Assembly (NCBI GenBank): GCA_026026165.1
Contig: JAPEUD010000052.1
Location: forward strand, 1 to 64,000
Reading direction: 5' to 3'
From: Sarea resinae
Lineage: Eukaryota
DNA length: 64,000 bases
The notes under the pieces were generated by a model. The model made no database searches, had not been told where the DNA came from, and was given only the letters and a program-made list of their open reading frames with translations. A program made the position numbers and the translations under genes. The stretch's first letter is position 1. Each line of letters begins with the position of its first letter. Positions 63,876 to 64,000 of the stretch are shown here, piece after piece.

Positions 63876-64000
63876 CAGATACTAGGTAGCATGCGGGGTG
63901 GTGACGGGCAGAGAGGTGCGGGTACAACATCGCGTCAATGGGCACGCGAAGTCGACCGACACTTGCCGTTTTGGGTCGGCAATCGTGATGCAGCAAGCTT

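Noticed and set aside
1..64000. tRNA, rRNA or spliceosomal snRNA genes
   Set aside because: No cloverleaf/T-loop context or conserved rRNA/snRNA sequence recognised by eye; tRNAscan-SE and Infernal would be needed to exclude them.

Overview
Eukaryotic, intron-rich genomic DNA from a filamentous ascomycete (Pezizomycotina-type GT/AG introns with RCTRAC/T branch sites; inferred from gene content, not from a search). Bases 1-~2050 are an AT/TpA-rich, CpG-poor RIP-like repeat remnant. The rest is a gene-dense housekeeping region with about 22 spliced protein genes: TPT-family transporter, secreted S9-like hydrolase, PUF protein, PEX39-like, Scd6/Lsm14, UBL-WLM protease, LicD, HotDog thioesterase, BTB protein, a hypothetical protein, ACBP membrane protein, BC10/BLCAP, EDC4/Pdc1-like, M1 aminopeptidase, CnxG, Ypt1, WD40 protein, FacC/Yat1 carnitine acetyltransferase, MFS transporter, CAP/PR-1 protein, SPATA20/YyaL and Rad57. 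The most notable signals are in RNA processing. (i) ypt1 intron 1 looks like a spliceosomal twin intron: a 90-nt intron sits inside the donor of another (GTG|...|AGT), and the wrong splicing routes give MNPE-stop. (ii) The long scd6 intron holds a box C/D snoRNA whose guide predicts 18S Am420 (snR52-like). (iii) A 7-exon thioesterase gene ending in KANL is missed by the ORF track. (iv) There are two GC-AG introns, a GAG acceptor and a 10-nt microexon. Exon structures were derived by hand, and family calls rest on recalled motifs rather than database searches.
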